From positions 59,840-123,839 of the IMG/VR virus record IMGVR_UViG_3300031994_000035: DNA of 64,000 bases; one strand, given 5' to 3'. This document shows, one piece after another, positions 1-9,730 of the stretch; the stretch's first letter is position 1; the number at the start of each line of letters is the position of its first letter. A model generated the notes under the pieces. The model did no database searches. It was not told where the DNA came from and was given only the letters and a program-made list of their open reading frames with translations. The position numbers and the translations under genes were made by a program. This stretch comes from a virus. Lineage: Duplodnaviria > Caudoviricetes.

Positions 1-45
1 GATGCTGAAGACAATCAGTATTCAATCTCTTTTGATAAAGAGTAT

Positions 46-1002
46 ATGTGCCATCTTTGGACTATCCAAGACGCGAAGGATGGTGATGTGCTTACATTTG
101 TCAAGAACGGAACAATTTTTATATTCAAAAACGTTTTGGATAATATGCCATATTCTTATTGTGGAATAGATTACTTTGCAAGATTTAGAAATTGTATCGA
201 AGAAGGCGGAAAAGAGGGAAGAAATTGGACATCGTCCTTACAAGGTATTTGTCCTGCAACCAAAAAACAACGTGACATACTATTCCAAAAGATGAAAGAA
301 GCTGAGTATGAATGGGATGCTGAAAATAAATTAATAAGAAGACTTTCTAAATTTCATGTAGGCGATAAGCTGATTAGTTCAAAGAACCCAAGACTTACTT
401 ATAATATTTTGGAAGTTGGACATATCAATGAACTCGGCAACACAGAATATAAAGTAGAAATCTTTACTGATGGAAAAGCACAAAATCCTTGTAACATTCT
501 TTATATGGAATGTTGTAAAGTAGATGAATGGGCTGAACTGATTAATCAAAAGTCCAATGATAAAGTTGAACCAAAGTTTAAGGCTGGTGATTTGGCTGTT
601 GATAACTGTGGTTATATCTGGAAAATAGAAGGAATCTTAAACCAGTTTTATCTCTTAGAAGGTGTAGAAGGTGGTGAATCTCGCCCTCCAATAGAATTGG
701 TTAACAAGAACTTTCATCTTTGGACTATTCAAGATGCAAAAGATGGCGATGTACTTTCTTATGTAACAGATAAAGGAAATTTGTGGATATTGATTTATAA
801 GTCTTTTTATGAACCTTATGAAGGACATGTTCATTATCACGCACTTCTTGCTAATGATGACTTTTCATGTGAAGGTACTTGTTGTATTTCTATTGACAAC
901 TTGAAACCATCATCTATAGAACAACGTAAACTTTTATTCCAAAAAATTGAAGAGGTTGGTTATAAATGGGATTTAGAAAAGAAAGAACTAATAAATGAAT
1001 AA
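46..1002 (+). CDS. Modular phage protein with two 'WTIQDAKDGDVL...WD' domains (probably 5'-truncated by the window edge)
   Basis: Two copies of the WTIxDAKDGDV domain, also found in 1058 and 2000. Confidence 0.75.
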   Translation: MCHLWTIQDAKDGDVLTFVKNGTIFIFKNVLDNMPYSYCGIDYFARFRNCIEEGGKEGRNWTSSLQGICPATKKQRDILFQKMKEAEYEWDAENKLIRRLSKFHVGDKLISSKNPRLTYNILEVGHINELGNTEYKVEIFTDGKAQNPCNILYMECCKVDEWAELINQKSNDKVEPKFKAGDLAVDNCGYIWKIEGILNQFYLLEGVEGGESRPPIELVNKNFHLWTIQDAKDGDVLSYVTDKGNLWILIYKSFYEPYEGHVHYHALLANDDFSCEGTCCISIDNLKPSSIEQRKLLFQKIEEVGYKWDLEKKELINE

Positions 1003-1057
1003 ACTATAAGTTATTAAAAAATAACTTTTATAAAGAAAATTAAAATTGATAAAGAAT

Positions 1058-1957
1058 ATGGAAAGAAAAGAGGCAATAGAAATTATAAGAAGCAATTTCC
1101 ATAATGGAAGTGTTAAGTTAAGTGAGGCATTGAAAACACTCATTCCTGAACTTGAAGAAAATGAAAACGATGACGATGGAATAAGAATGGACCTTATTGA
1201 GTTTGTTAGACAATATGGTGATAACTATTATGGTCAATTTTCAAAGGCATCCGTAATTTCTTGGCTTGAAAAGCAAGGTGAGCAAAACAAACAGCATCTA
1301 TATGATATAATTATATCCCTATGGGGTTTATTGGATAAAATAGATACGTTTGTAGACTTGCAAATAAATGATACTAGTCAACATAATCCTTTTAGAAAAA
1401 TAGAGGATATAACACAAGAAAGACATAAATTTGTGAAATCAGATGGATATAATTTGTTCATTGATGACTTTATGATAACGAATGATAAAAATTTTGAAAA
1501 ACAGGGTGAGAAAAAATCTGCAGATAATGTTGGCCCAAAGTTCAAAGCTGGTGATTGGATTATCTGCGATGGACTTCATCCTGCACTTATATTAAATGTT
1601 GCCGATAATAAGTATGAAATCGAATTTACCGATAATGGTGCTGTAGGGCATCATGCTATTGATTTCATAGAGAGACATTGGCATCTTTGGACCATCGAGG
1701 ATGCAAAGGATGGTGATGTACTTGTAAGCGGTAGTGGCTGCCCGTTTATTTATAAAAATATTAATGATAGATTGGCTCTATTTTATTGTTGTGTAAGTGC
1801 TGATAATGATTTCCTTATTGGTAATGATAGAAGTTATTGTGGTCTTAAAAAAACAGCCAAGCCTGCAACCAAGAAACAACACGACTACCTATTCCAAAGA
1901 ATGAATGATGCGGAATATAAATGGGACGCGAACAAAAAAGAATTGCATGCAATATAA
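1058..1957 (+). CDS. Modular phage protein ('LKTLIPEL...WLEKQG' N-domain plus DAKDGD C-domain)
   Basis: ATG at 1058 preferred over TTG at 1046; domains shared with 2000 and 54235. Confidence 0.8.
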   Translation: MERKEAIEIIRSNFHNGSVKLSEALKTLIPELEENENDDDGIRMDLIEFVRQYGDNYYGQFSKASVISWLEKQGEQNKQHLYDIIISLWGLLDKIDTFVDLQINDTSQHNPFRKIEDITQERHKFVKSDGYNLFIDDFMITNDKNFEKQGEKKSADNVGPKFKAGDWIICDGLHPALILNVADNKYEIEFTDNGAVGHHAIDFIERHWHLWTIEDAKDGDVLVSGSGCPFIYKNINDRLALFYCCVSADNDFLIGNDRSYCGLKKTAKPATKKQHDYLFQRMNDAEYKWDANKKELHAI

Positions 1958-1999
1958 TACTACATTAAATTTTTAATACATAAACTTTAAATTTTGGTT

Positions 2000-3007
2000 A
2001 TGGAAAGAAAAAAAGCAATAGAAATTGTAAGAAAGAATTTTCCTGACAGTAGCTTCACTATGTTGTGTGAGGCATTGAAAACCTTAATTCCAGAACTCAT
2101 AGAGATTGAGGATGAGAAGATAAGGAAAGAAATCCTTGAGGATGAGAAGATAAGAAAAGAAATCCTTGATTATTTCAAAGACCTTGATGAACACGGTTAT
2201 CCGACCAAAGAATGGACTGCTTGGGTTGAAAAGCAAGGTAAACAAAAGTCTAAAGACAAATATACATTTAATTCAATACCTCGCTTGCTTGAAATGATTA
2301 AGCCAACAGATAGAGCAAAAAGATATTGCCAAAAGTTGATTGATTCTTTACAGCAAGAAGGATATGTTACAGATGCTAAGATAATTAGTAAATGTCTAAA
2401 ACGAATGAACGGTGAGAAAGTTTCCATAGTCACTATGGATGAAAAACAAGGAGAACCTGAATCAAATAATAAAGTTGAGCAAAAGTTTGAGACAATGTTC
2501 AAGGTTGGGAATTGGATTGTTACCAATGACGGGATTACTACCAACAATGGTACAAACACGTTTTTAATAACGAATATTAATTGCGGATATGACTCATTAG
2601 GAGAGAATATGATTTATAGACATTACTGCTCATTAGAAGATACTGAAGGTGTTGTTCATTATCCTTGTCTACTATCTGAAAATCTCTACCACCCATGGAC
2701 CATCAACGATGCAAAGGATGGTGACGTAGTTGTCGATAAATCCAATGGAATTATTGGGATATTTCAAAGCATAGGACACCACACCGATGGTGGTAGTTAT
2801 AATGACCCTTCTTATTGTTTCCTACATTGTCGTTATGATGACGGATTCTTTTATGCAGATTTTGAAAATGGAAATATGATTGATTCTGATAATTTAATTC
2901 CGGCTACTAAAGAACAGCGAAATACTCTCTTTGTAAAAATGAAAGAGGCTGGTTATGAATGGAATGTAAACAAAAAAGAAATAGTTTCAATATCAAAAGA
3001 TAAATAA
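2000..3007 (+). CDS. Modular phage protein, same family; internal 30-bp tandem duplication (EDEKIRKEIL x2)
   Basis: N-terminus nearly identical to 54235; DAKDGD C-domain. Confidence 0.8.
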   Translation: MERKKAIEIVRKNFPDSSFTMLCEALKTLIPELIEIEDEKIRKEILEDEKIRKEILDYFKDLDEHGYPTKEWTAWVEKQGKQKSKDKYTFNSIPRLLEMIKPTDRAKRYCQKLIDSLQQEGYVTDAKIISKCLKRMNGEKVSIVTMDEKQGEPESNNKVEQKFETMFKVGNWIVTNDGITTNNGTNTFLITNINCGYDSLGENMIYRHYCSLEDTEGVVHYPCLLSENLYHPWTINDAKDGDVVVDKSNGIIGIFQSIGHHTDGGSYNDPSYCFLHCRYDDGFFYADFENGNMIDSDNLIPATKEQRNTLFVKMKEAGYEWNVNKKEIVSISKDK

Positions 3008-3074
3008 AATATGTAGGTAGAAAGGTTGATTAGTCCAAGCATGTACAATAATATTGTCTATAAAAATTGGCTTT

Positions 3075-3166
3075 TGTAAAAATTTTTCAAGATTTTGATC
3101 CAACTTTCAAAAAGTCGTATTATATTTACCTCAACAAATTAACATTAACATTAAAATTAAACGGAT
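3075..3166 (+). promoter_or_regulatory. ~90-bp repeated early promoter/leader element, copy 1
   Basis: TGTAAAAATTTTTCAAGATTTTGATCCAACTTTCAAAAAGTCGTATTATATTTACCTCAACAAATT...; TTTG (-33) and TATATTTA resemble the Bacteroidota TAnnTTTG (-7) box; ends at an ATG. Confidence 0.8.
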
Positions 3167-3520
3167 ATGAGTACTAAGAACATTTTAACAGATGAAACTG
3201 AAATTGCAATCAATTCATTCAAGAACAGATTGAAATCTTTAGGATTCAAAAAAATAATTGACGGATGTGACTATACTACATACCGTTATGACGAACTATG
3301 TGAAGACACAAGCAAATCCCTAACATTGGAAATCCAAGAAAAATCAGGAGCAACTACGTACAATTTATACACAACGGACTTTGACAATACTAAACCAAAA
3401 GGTCATCAGAAATTTATAAAACGTGTATACCGCACAATGGTGTCCTTTAAATATTCTGAAAAAGAATTTGACAAAATCATCAAGAAATACAAATTCTCGA
3501 CTCTTAAAAAATCCAAATAA
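3167..3520 (+). CDS. Hypothetical protein
   Basis: ORF directly after the promoter repeat. Confidence 0.75.
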   Translation: MSTKNILTDETEIAINSFKNRLKSLGFKKIIDGCDYTTYRYDELCEDTSKSLTLEIQEKSGATTYNLYTTDFDNTKPKGHQKFIKRVYRTMVSFKYSEKEFDKIIKKYKFSTLKKSK

Positions 3521-3528
3521 TTACGGTT

Positions 3529-4038
3529 ATGACAAAATCAAAAGCATTAAAATTGCTTAAACAGCAATTAGAGAAAGATGATACAGTTCTTATTAGCTTA
3601 TATGATATATATAAGAAAGAGCTTCGATATAATCAAGAAATCGTAGAGACAAGAGGTAAGAGCGACTTTCGTCAAGACCTACAGGATTTTGTAATAGAAC
3701 AGGTGAAGGTTTCAGACCTCATCAAAAACTTGAAAAAAGAAGAGGTCAAACTTCAAGATATTGTGATAGACGAAAATAAAATAGCAGAAGAAAAATGCTA
3801 TATGCCGGAGCTTCGTCCATCATTGACTTACCAAGTGCTTGTGATGGAGATTGAAAAAATCAAAAAGCCACTAATGATTCCAGCCTACATTGTAGAATCT
3901 GTTAATGAACTTAGTGACTTCATACATAATCCTGAAAATAAGAAGATTCTCGACACTCACGAATATGCTATGAAGAAAATACTTCATGGTTATATCGCAA
4001 ATGCTTTTACATCAGTAAATAACTCAATGTTCAGGTAA
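3529..4038 (+). CDS. Hypothetical protein
   Basis: 169-aa ORF with operon spacing. Confidence 0.75.
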   Translation: MTKSKALKLLKQQLEKDDTVLISLYDIYKKELRYNQEIVETRGKSDFRQDLQDFVIEQVKVSDLIKNLKKEEVKLQDIVIDENKIAEEKCYMPELRPSLTYQVLVMEIEKIKKPLMIPAYIVESVNELSDFIHNPENKKILDTHEYAMKKILHGYIANAFTSVNNSMFR

Positions 4039-4054
4039 TTAAAAATTTGGAATT

Positions 4055-4549
4055 ATGGAAAATTTTAAGACATTCAAAGAATTCAACTTTGACAAAAATG
4101 GATACACGGACCTTACAGGTGACAAACAAGAAATAAAGGATTTTCTTATAAAAAACAAAGACTCTCTTCCTGTAAAGGCTGAAATAATGGCAAATGCAAC
4201 AGAATCAGATACAAAGCTTGCAATGCTCTATAACATCTACGGTCTTGTAGACGACTTCGAAATTATAGGTGACGACTTGTATATCCTGTTCTATCCTGTA
4301 TATTTCACATACTACAAATATCATTTTACAAGACCTCTGATACTGAAACATTCCGAGACCGGGAAAAATCTACGTTTCGACAAAATGTTTTCATTCATAG
4401 TACCATACCTGTCAGACCTGCTTACTGGTGCTTTGATGAACGAAGGCTTTTCAAAAGACAAGGCCATAGAGTGGATGAATAAATCTACCAACAAGGAATA
4501 CTTTAAAAAAATGACTGGTAGACAAACAGTGAATCCATATGAAAAGTAA
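4055..4549 (+). CDS. Putative internal head protein (capsid-targeting-like N-terminus MENFKTFKEF)
   Basis: N-terminus resembles the T4 internal-protein leader MKTFKEF/MKTYQEFIAE. Confidence 0.55.
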   Translation: MENFKTFKEFNFDKNGYTDLTGDKQEIKDFLIKNKDSLPVKAEIMANATESDTKLAMLYNIYGLVDDFEIIGDDLYILFYPVYFTYYKYHFTRPLILKHSETGKNLRFDKMFSFIVPYLSDLLTGALMNEGFSKDKAIEWMNKSTNKEYFKKMTGRQTVNPYEK

Positions 4550-4611
4550 AAAGAAAAATTTGAAAAGTTTCGTAATATAGTTATTAAATGTTGTTTATTT
4601 AATTAAACTAT

Positions 4612-5350
4612 AAAGTCAATAACTTGAAAAGATTTGACAGGAGTTCGAGTTCAAACTATACTCCAATAAGTACATTGAAATAATGATAATTTTATACAGC
4701 TTGACGGTCTGAAACCTAAGTTTAAATAATTTACTGGAAGAACGCCTGCTTTGTAAAGATGTAGATTGCAATAATTCAATCGTCTGATAAGTAGGATATT
4801 ACAGCATCAAGTTGTATTTTAGAAATAATTTTGTGTGCATAGGCGAGAAATCCCTATGTAGAATCTCCTAAATTCGGTGGAAATCCTTATCCTGATATAG
4901 AATCCTAAAACGGTTATGGATATTTTCTATAAAGAGTAGTCGGGAAGAAAGCACTAACTAATAATGTGTAAGGACTATACCGAGCGAAAATGAGATAAAT
5001 ACGATGCCAATAGGAGCATAGAAGTAGTATTACTGTTACGCAATATACAGAATCTTATAATCGTGTAGACTGAAAGGGAGATACATAAAGTTGGAATTGA
5101 GATTTAAGCACCTTTGATGGAGAGGGACGTGAAATGATACTCAGCCTATATGGAATAAGTCACGTTGAAATAGCTAAAATATATCTCTACTTGCAAGAAT
5201 TTCAATATGGTAATATCAGTCAAAACCACAACAAACAATAAGGTTGAAAATCCGAGATTGTGTAAATCGAAAATGTAATTACTTGTCATTAAGTCTTGTA
5301 ATGAATTGTTTGTCTATGGTAACATAGTGTGGTAGGGTTTCACAGACCCA
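4612..5350 (+). ncRNA. Free-standing structured RNA with a group I intron (IC3-like) catalytic core
   Basis: P2 4837-43/4853-59; P3 ATCTCC 4863-68/GGAGAT 5077-82; P4 TTCGGT 4873-78/ACCGAG 4979-84; P5 TCCTTA/TAAGGA; P6a ATGAGAT/ATCTTAT; P7 GACTGA 5068-73/TCAGTC 5216-21; P8; P9 ACCACA/TGTGGT with a GTAA tetraloop; candidate terminal G at 5335; ends approximate. Confidence 0.8.
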
Positions 5351-5418
5351 TTTTAAAACAGTACATTAAAATTTTATGATTTATAAATTCTGAGATGTAG
5401 AAGTTAGAATAAACAGAC

Positions 5419-6315
5419 ATGAAAGTAAAAACAAGAAAATTTCCAGAATGTAATTACAATGCGACATGGATTGACGGTAAAACATTTCGAATGGGAGATG
5501 GTTTTGCTAAAGAATTACCAGCAGACAAATCTGAATTTTATGACATTGCCCTTGGCACAATGTGTAACCTAAATTGTCCGTTTTGTTATGCAGAAGCATC
5601 AAACAACGGTAAATTCTATGATGATATTTGTCAAAAGGCCGAATTGTTTTTTGGTAACATGTCAGAAAACGACAAGCCGTTTCAGGTGGCAATAGGAAGT
5701 TTGGGTGAACCGACAATACATCCGGATTTTATCAATTTTCTAAAAACAATTGCAAAATTTGATATTGTTCCTAATTACACAACAAACGGAATAACATTAA
5801 CAACAGAAAACGATTTCCGTGACGAATTGTTAAGTGTTACAGATAAATTATGTGGCGGTGTTGCCATAAGTACAAACGAATGGAATACAAAGATTCAAGA
5901 AACGTGGAGAAAGGCAGTAGAAAACTTATCATACTTTACAAAGACAAAGATAAATTTACACTATGTTGTTTCAGATGAGAACTCTGTTGTTAGGTTTAAA
6001 GAAATTTATGACGAATATAAAGATAGAATCTTTTATTTTGTATTACTGCCAATGATGGATTCCGGACGTTGTACACAACGGTATAGCGAGAGCGCTTTTA
6101 AAAAATTGGAAACTATGTGGAATGATTTCGATGTTTCAAAAATATCATTTGGTGCTCATTTTTATCCATTATTGAAAGAAAGCAAAATAATTAATTGTTC
6201 ATTGTACGAACCTGAATCATTTAGTAAAAATTTGATTCTTGACAATCCAATAACGATTACAAGAAGTAGTTTTGATTTAACAGTTTTAAAAACAATAGAA
6301 TATGAAAAGAAATAA
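5419..6315 (+). CDS. Radical SAM protein
   Basis: CNLNCPFC (CxxxCxxC), GEPTIHPDF and YTTNG motifs. Confidence 0.92.
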   Translation: MKVKTRKFPECNYNATWIDGKTFRMGDGFAKELPADKSEFYDIALGTMCNLNCPFCYAEASNNGKFYDDICQKAELFFGNMSENDKPFQVAIGSLGEPTIHPDFINFLKTIAKFDIVPNYTTNGITLTTENDFRDELLSVTDKLCGGVAISTNEWNTKIQETWRKAVENLSYFTKTKINLHYVVSDENSVVRFKEIYDEYKDRIFYFVLLPMMDSGRCTQRYSESAFKKLETMWNDFDVSKISFGAHFYPLLKESKIINCSLYEPESFSKNLILDNPITITRSSFDLTVLKTIEYEKK

Positions 6316-6895
6316 AATTTTATTCACGTTTAAAATTCAGAGTTTTTCTGATGTTATTACAAACAGTTCAAGCGAATTGTTTGTATTTGACGACAAAGGA
6401 GATGTAGAAAAAGTAAAAGAAATCCTTGATGGTCTTTATCCTGATTGGAGAAGCGAATATGAAGAGCCTGTCTTATTGAAAGATGCGGATGATGCTTCTG
6501 TTGAGTTATATGCTGAATATCTATTGCCAAGGGGCTGGGATTACGACTATCGTGGAGAAACAACAGAAGAATGCAGAAATCTTCTTCGTCAAGATATTAA
6601 ACATTTCTTTAATGAAGACGCAAAAAGATTTTATCCAAATATTGATACTTGGGACCCGAAATATAATTGGAGTAATGATAAAAAGTTTAAAAATAAATTA
6701 TACGAAGATTTAACAAGAGAAGAAAGGAGTGAAATATGGAGTAAACACGAACTCGAGTGTGATTATGATGAAGTTGTAAAATACTTAAAAGATAATAGAC
6801 AAAATGAAGTATTATTATTTTCATTAGGTGATAATCCTGATTGGGATATGCAGAAAAAACTTCAAACAGTTGCTAACCGCTATCATTTAGGTTAA
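6302..6895 (+). CDS. Protein with N-terminal IQSFSDVITNSSSELF motif
   Basis: Overlaps the radical SAM stop; leader shared with 6912. Confidence 0.8.
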   Translation: MKRNKILFTFKIQSFSDVITNSSSELFVFDDKGDVEKVKEILDGLYPDWRSEYEEPVLLKDADDASVELYAEYLLPRGWDYDYRGETTEECRNLLRQDIKHFFNEDAKRFYPNIDTWDPKYNWSNDKKFKNKLYEDLTREERSEIWSKHELECDYDEVVKYLKDNRQNEVLLFSLGDNPDWDMQKKLQTVANRYHLG

Positions 6896-6911
6896 AATTT
6901 TAATATTAAAA

Positions 6912-7286
6912 ATGAAAAAGAGATTTATTATACAAATTCAGAGTTTTTCTGATGTTATTACAAACAGTTCAAGTGAGTTGTTTGCTGTTGGAGATGTAAA
7001 CAAAACAGCAAAAGAAATAAAAAAATTGCTTATACAAAAGTTTAAAGAATCAGGCGATACGTGTAGTGGCATGGAAGGATACATAGAAGTTACTCCATAT
7101 GATGCACCTGATGATATTAATGATTTTGTAATTACAAGTGATAATCTTAAATATGCACGTTATCTTAAAACTTGGAAGAAACTAAATATACCACAAAAAG
7201 GTTTTTTCATTGATATAGATAAGGGTTTATATAATACGATAGAGTTTATCAGAAATGAATTAAAAGGATATTTATTAGATTATTAA
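6912..7286 (+). CDS. Protein with N-terminal IQSFSDVITNSSSELF motif
   Basis: Same leader, unrelated body. Confidence 0.8.
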   Translation: MKKRFIIQIQSFSDVITNSSSELFAVGDVNKTAKEIKKLLIQKFKESGDTCSGMEGYIEVTPYDAPDDINDFVITSDNLKYARYLKTWKKLNIPQKGFFIDIDKGLYNTIEFIRNELKGYLLDY

Positions 7287-7376
7287 AAAGTATACTTGTA
7301 AAGTAAAAATGAAAAAGAGATTTATTTTACATCAACAAATTAATATTAACTTTAAAATTAAATAATTATGGAAATA

Positions 7377-8715
7377 GTTCCAAAATCCATAGAAATATGG
7401 AAATTGTTTATAATTTAACAATTACCGGGTGAACTACAACGCCCTCTATCCCATCAAAAAAGACTTTTGGGAATGCTTTTCTCATGATGTTATAGCTTCC
7501 GTTCACATCGGCATTTATTTTGTTTCCGTTTTCAGAAACAAACAAGCCTCGATGAACACGTTTTCCTTTATAAACATCATGCTTTCCAATTTCTTCCAAA
7601 TCAAGGAAACTACATTTGGATGTGTAGCTTTCCTCGTTTGTAATTACTTTTATCCCCACCTTTTCGCATTTGTATGAAACCATCTCGACAAATCTACTGT
7701 GAGGTATTTGTATGAAGTTCTGGTTGTTTCTTGAACCGGCGTTGCAGTCTTGCTTCCATCCGTCGTTCTTTCCTATAACCAGAACAGATATGCTCTTGTC
7801 TTTTAAATCATTTACTATTCTCTTGCTTGCACGATGCAAGTAGTTGTCAACCTTATTATTCCTTTTGTTTGTAAGTCTTCTTGTCCTGTGTGAATGCTTT
7901 TTCTTATTGACTTTTTCTAATTTTGACTTATATTTTGCAAGTTCCTTGTTATAGAACTGGTTAATCGATTTCAACGGCTTTCCGTTTATAATTGTCGGCT
8001 GTTCTCCTGATGAATATGTTACTGTAGCAAGATTACTTACTCCTAAGTCTATTGCAGCTATATTCTTGTTGAATTTTACTTTTTCTACATCTTCAATGGT
8101 ATATATTACTTCAATAACATACTGCTCCGTCTTAGGGACAATCCTTATGCAATTTATTGATTTAAAGTTATTTATCTTCGTATAAAATTCTATATCTACT
8201 TTTGACAGTTTAATTTTATGTGACTTTTCAAAAACCTTCTTTGAAATCGTCTGGTTGTTGAATGTTGCAACATACCTCCCATCTTCCTTATGTAAGAATT
8301 TCGGGAACTTGACGTTTTTGTTATCAATATTTTTTGAACGAAGCATTCCGAAAAAAGAATTGCAAGTTGCATGAACTGATCTTAAAGTCGCTTGCGCAAC
8401 TTTTTGAGGAAGCTGTTTGAAGCATTCTTCATTTTTCATGAAGAAATATGAATCATTCAAAATATCATATGTTTTACTTTCCTCGTATTCCTTACGTATC
8501 AGATACAATGTCCTGTTATATATGTTCTTTGAAGAAAAGCATAGTAAATCACATTCCTTATATAAGGGATGACTTCTTTTAATAATATGTCTTTCCACCA
8601 ATTGCATTTCTGTATAATGATACGTTTACTATTTTATTTATATATTTTCAAAAATACTTGATTTTTAATTTGTTAAATAAATAGAATTATTTCTATAAAT
8701 TTTCTATAATGTTAT
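7377..8715 (-). mobile_element. Non-autonomous IS200/IS605-type element (tnpB only)
   Basis: tnpB with no tnpA; right end inferred near 7377, where a short ORF start (ATG GAA ATA at 7368) is interrupted; left end approximate. Confidence 0.6.
7408..8607 (-). CDS. tnpB: TnpB RNA-guided nuclease (clade with IVIGKN / EESYTS rearranged RuvC-II)
   Basis: AAIDLGVSNLA, VLVIGKNDGWKQ, EESYTSKCS and NADVNGSYNI motifs. Confidence 0.9.
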   Translation of the reverse strand: MQLVERHIIKRSHPLYKECDLLCFSSKNIYNRTLYLIRKEYEESKTYDILNDSYFFMKNEECFKQLPQKVAQATLRSVHATCNSFFGMLRSKNIDNKNVKFPKFLHKEDGRYVATFNNQTISKKVFEKSHKIKLSKVDIEFYTKINNFKSINCIRIVPKTEQYVIEVIYTIEDVEKVKFNKNIAAIDLGVSNLATVTYSSGEQPTIINGKPLKSINQFYNKELAKYKSKLEKVNKKKHSHRTRRLTNKRNNKVDNYLHRASKRIVNDLKDKSISVLVIGKNDGWKQDCNAGSRNNQNFIQIPHSRFVEMVSYKCEKVGIKVITNEESYTSKCSFLDLEEIGKHDVYKGKRVHRGLFVSENGNKINADVNGSYNIMRKAFPKVFFDGIEGVVVHPVIVKL

Positions 8716-8850
8716 ATAAAATATATGAAGTTTAACAATACAATTATTATATTGTTGTTTATTATTTTAAGATTACAATTTAATATTACAGATATGGCCC
8801 TAAGAAAAATAACGGACAGAAGGAATGTACAATTTTTAAATAACTGAACT

Positions 8851-9225
8851 ATGACAAACGAAGAAAGACAAATATTGCTAAAAGACCTTTGTATGCGGTT
8901 ACCATATAAGGTCAAGGTACTTGACGATATGGGAAGACTGTATGAATTACATATAGGTGACTCATATATTATAGATTTATTCTATGGAAACGGAGGTTAT
9001 ATAGAGCCACCAGTAAAGCCATACCTCCGTCCCTTGTCGTCAATAACGCCTGAAGAGAGAAAAGAATATCATCGACTTTGTGATGTGGAAGAAGGCCCTT
9101 TTTATGAGAGATTCTTTCACGATACGATTGCCTCAATTGAATATCTTACTTCAAAGCATTTCGACTATCGAGGTCTGATAGAGAAAGGACTTGCTATTGA
9201 AGCATCCGACGATATGTATAACTAA
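8851..9225 (+). CDS. 'LLKDLCARLPY' paralog family protein
   Basis: Conserved N-terminus, KPYLRP and C-terminal HFDYRGLIEKGLA. Confidence 0.8.
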   Translation: MTNEERQILLKDLCMRLPYKVKVLDDMGRLYELHIGDSYIIDLFYGNGGYIEPPVKPYLRPLSSITPEERKEYHRLCDVEEGPFYERFFHDTIASIEYLTSKHFDYRGLIEKGLAIEASDDMYN

Positions 9226-9236
9226 AATTTATAACT

Positions 9237-9719
9237 ATGACACAAGAAGAAAAACAACTTTTACTTAAAGACCTTTGTGCAAGGTTGCCATATGGTGTAA
9301 TAGTAAGGCACTCTGATTGTATAGTAGATGATGAAGGTAATGAAACTGGAAAATTCTATCATACAAAGGGTTATTTATGTGATGTTTGTACAGAGGATGA
9401 TATGACCACAACCATTATAGAAAGTGAAGGTGAGGATGAAGGATACAATCATATTTGTTCCTTAGAGTGGACTGTTCCATATCTCCGTCCAATGGATTCA
9501 ATGACAGTTGAGGAAATATGTAAAATAGAGGCAATTATTGGAAATGGTTTTAAATATGGAGACGGTGAATTGACGGTATGCGGCGAAGATGTTATTAAGC
9601 TGTCATTTCCAAAAATACACGAACTCATGGAGTTTTTATATCAACACCATATTGATGTTAATTGTCTTATTGAAAAAGGTCTCGCTATTGAGGTGGAAAA
9701 AGGAATGTATAATTTTTAA
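9237..9719 (+). CDS. 'LLKDLCARLPY' paralog family protein
   Basis: Same conserved blocks. Confidence 0.8.
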   Translation: MTQEEKQLLLKDLCARLPYGVIVRHSDCIVDDEGNETGKFYHTKGYLCDVCTEDDMTTTIIESEGEDEGYNHICSLEWTVPYLRPMDSMTVEEICKIEAIIGNGFKYGDGELTVCGEDVIKLSFPKIHELMEFLYQHHIDVNCLIEKGLAIEVEKGMYNF

Positions 9720-9730
9720 ATGACTGAATT

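Noticed and set aside
4625-4760. tmRNA or tRNA (GACAGGAGTTCGA...CTCCA; short GRTPAL* frame)
   Set aside because: No acceptor stem or proper T arm, and no tmRNA 5' end; it folds as a simple hairpin.
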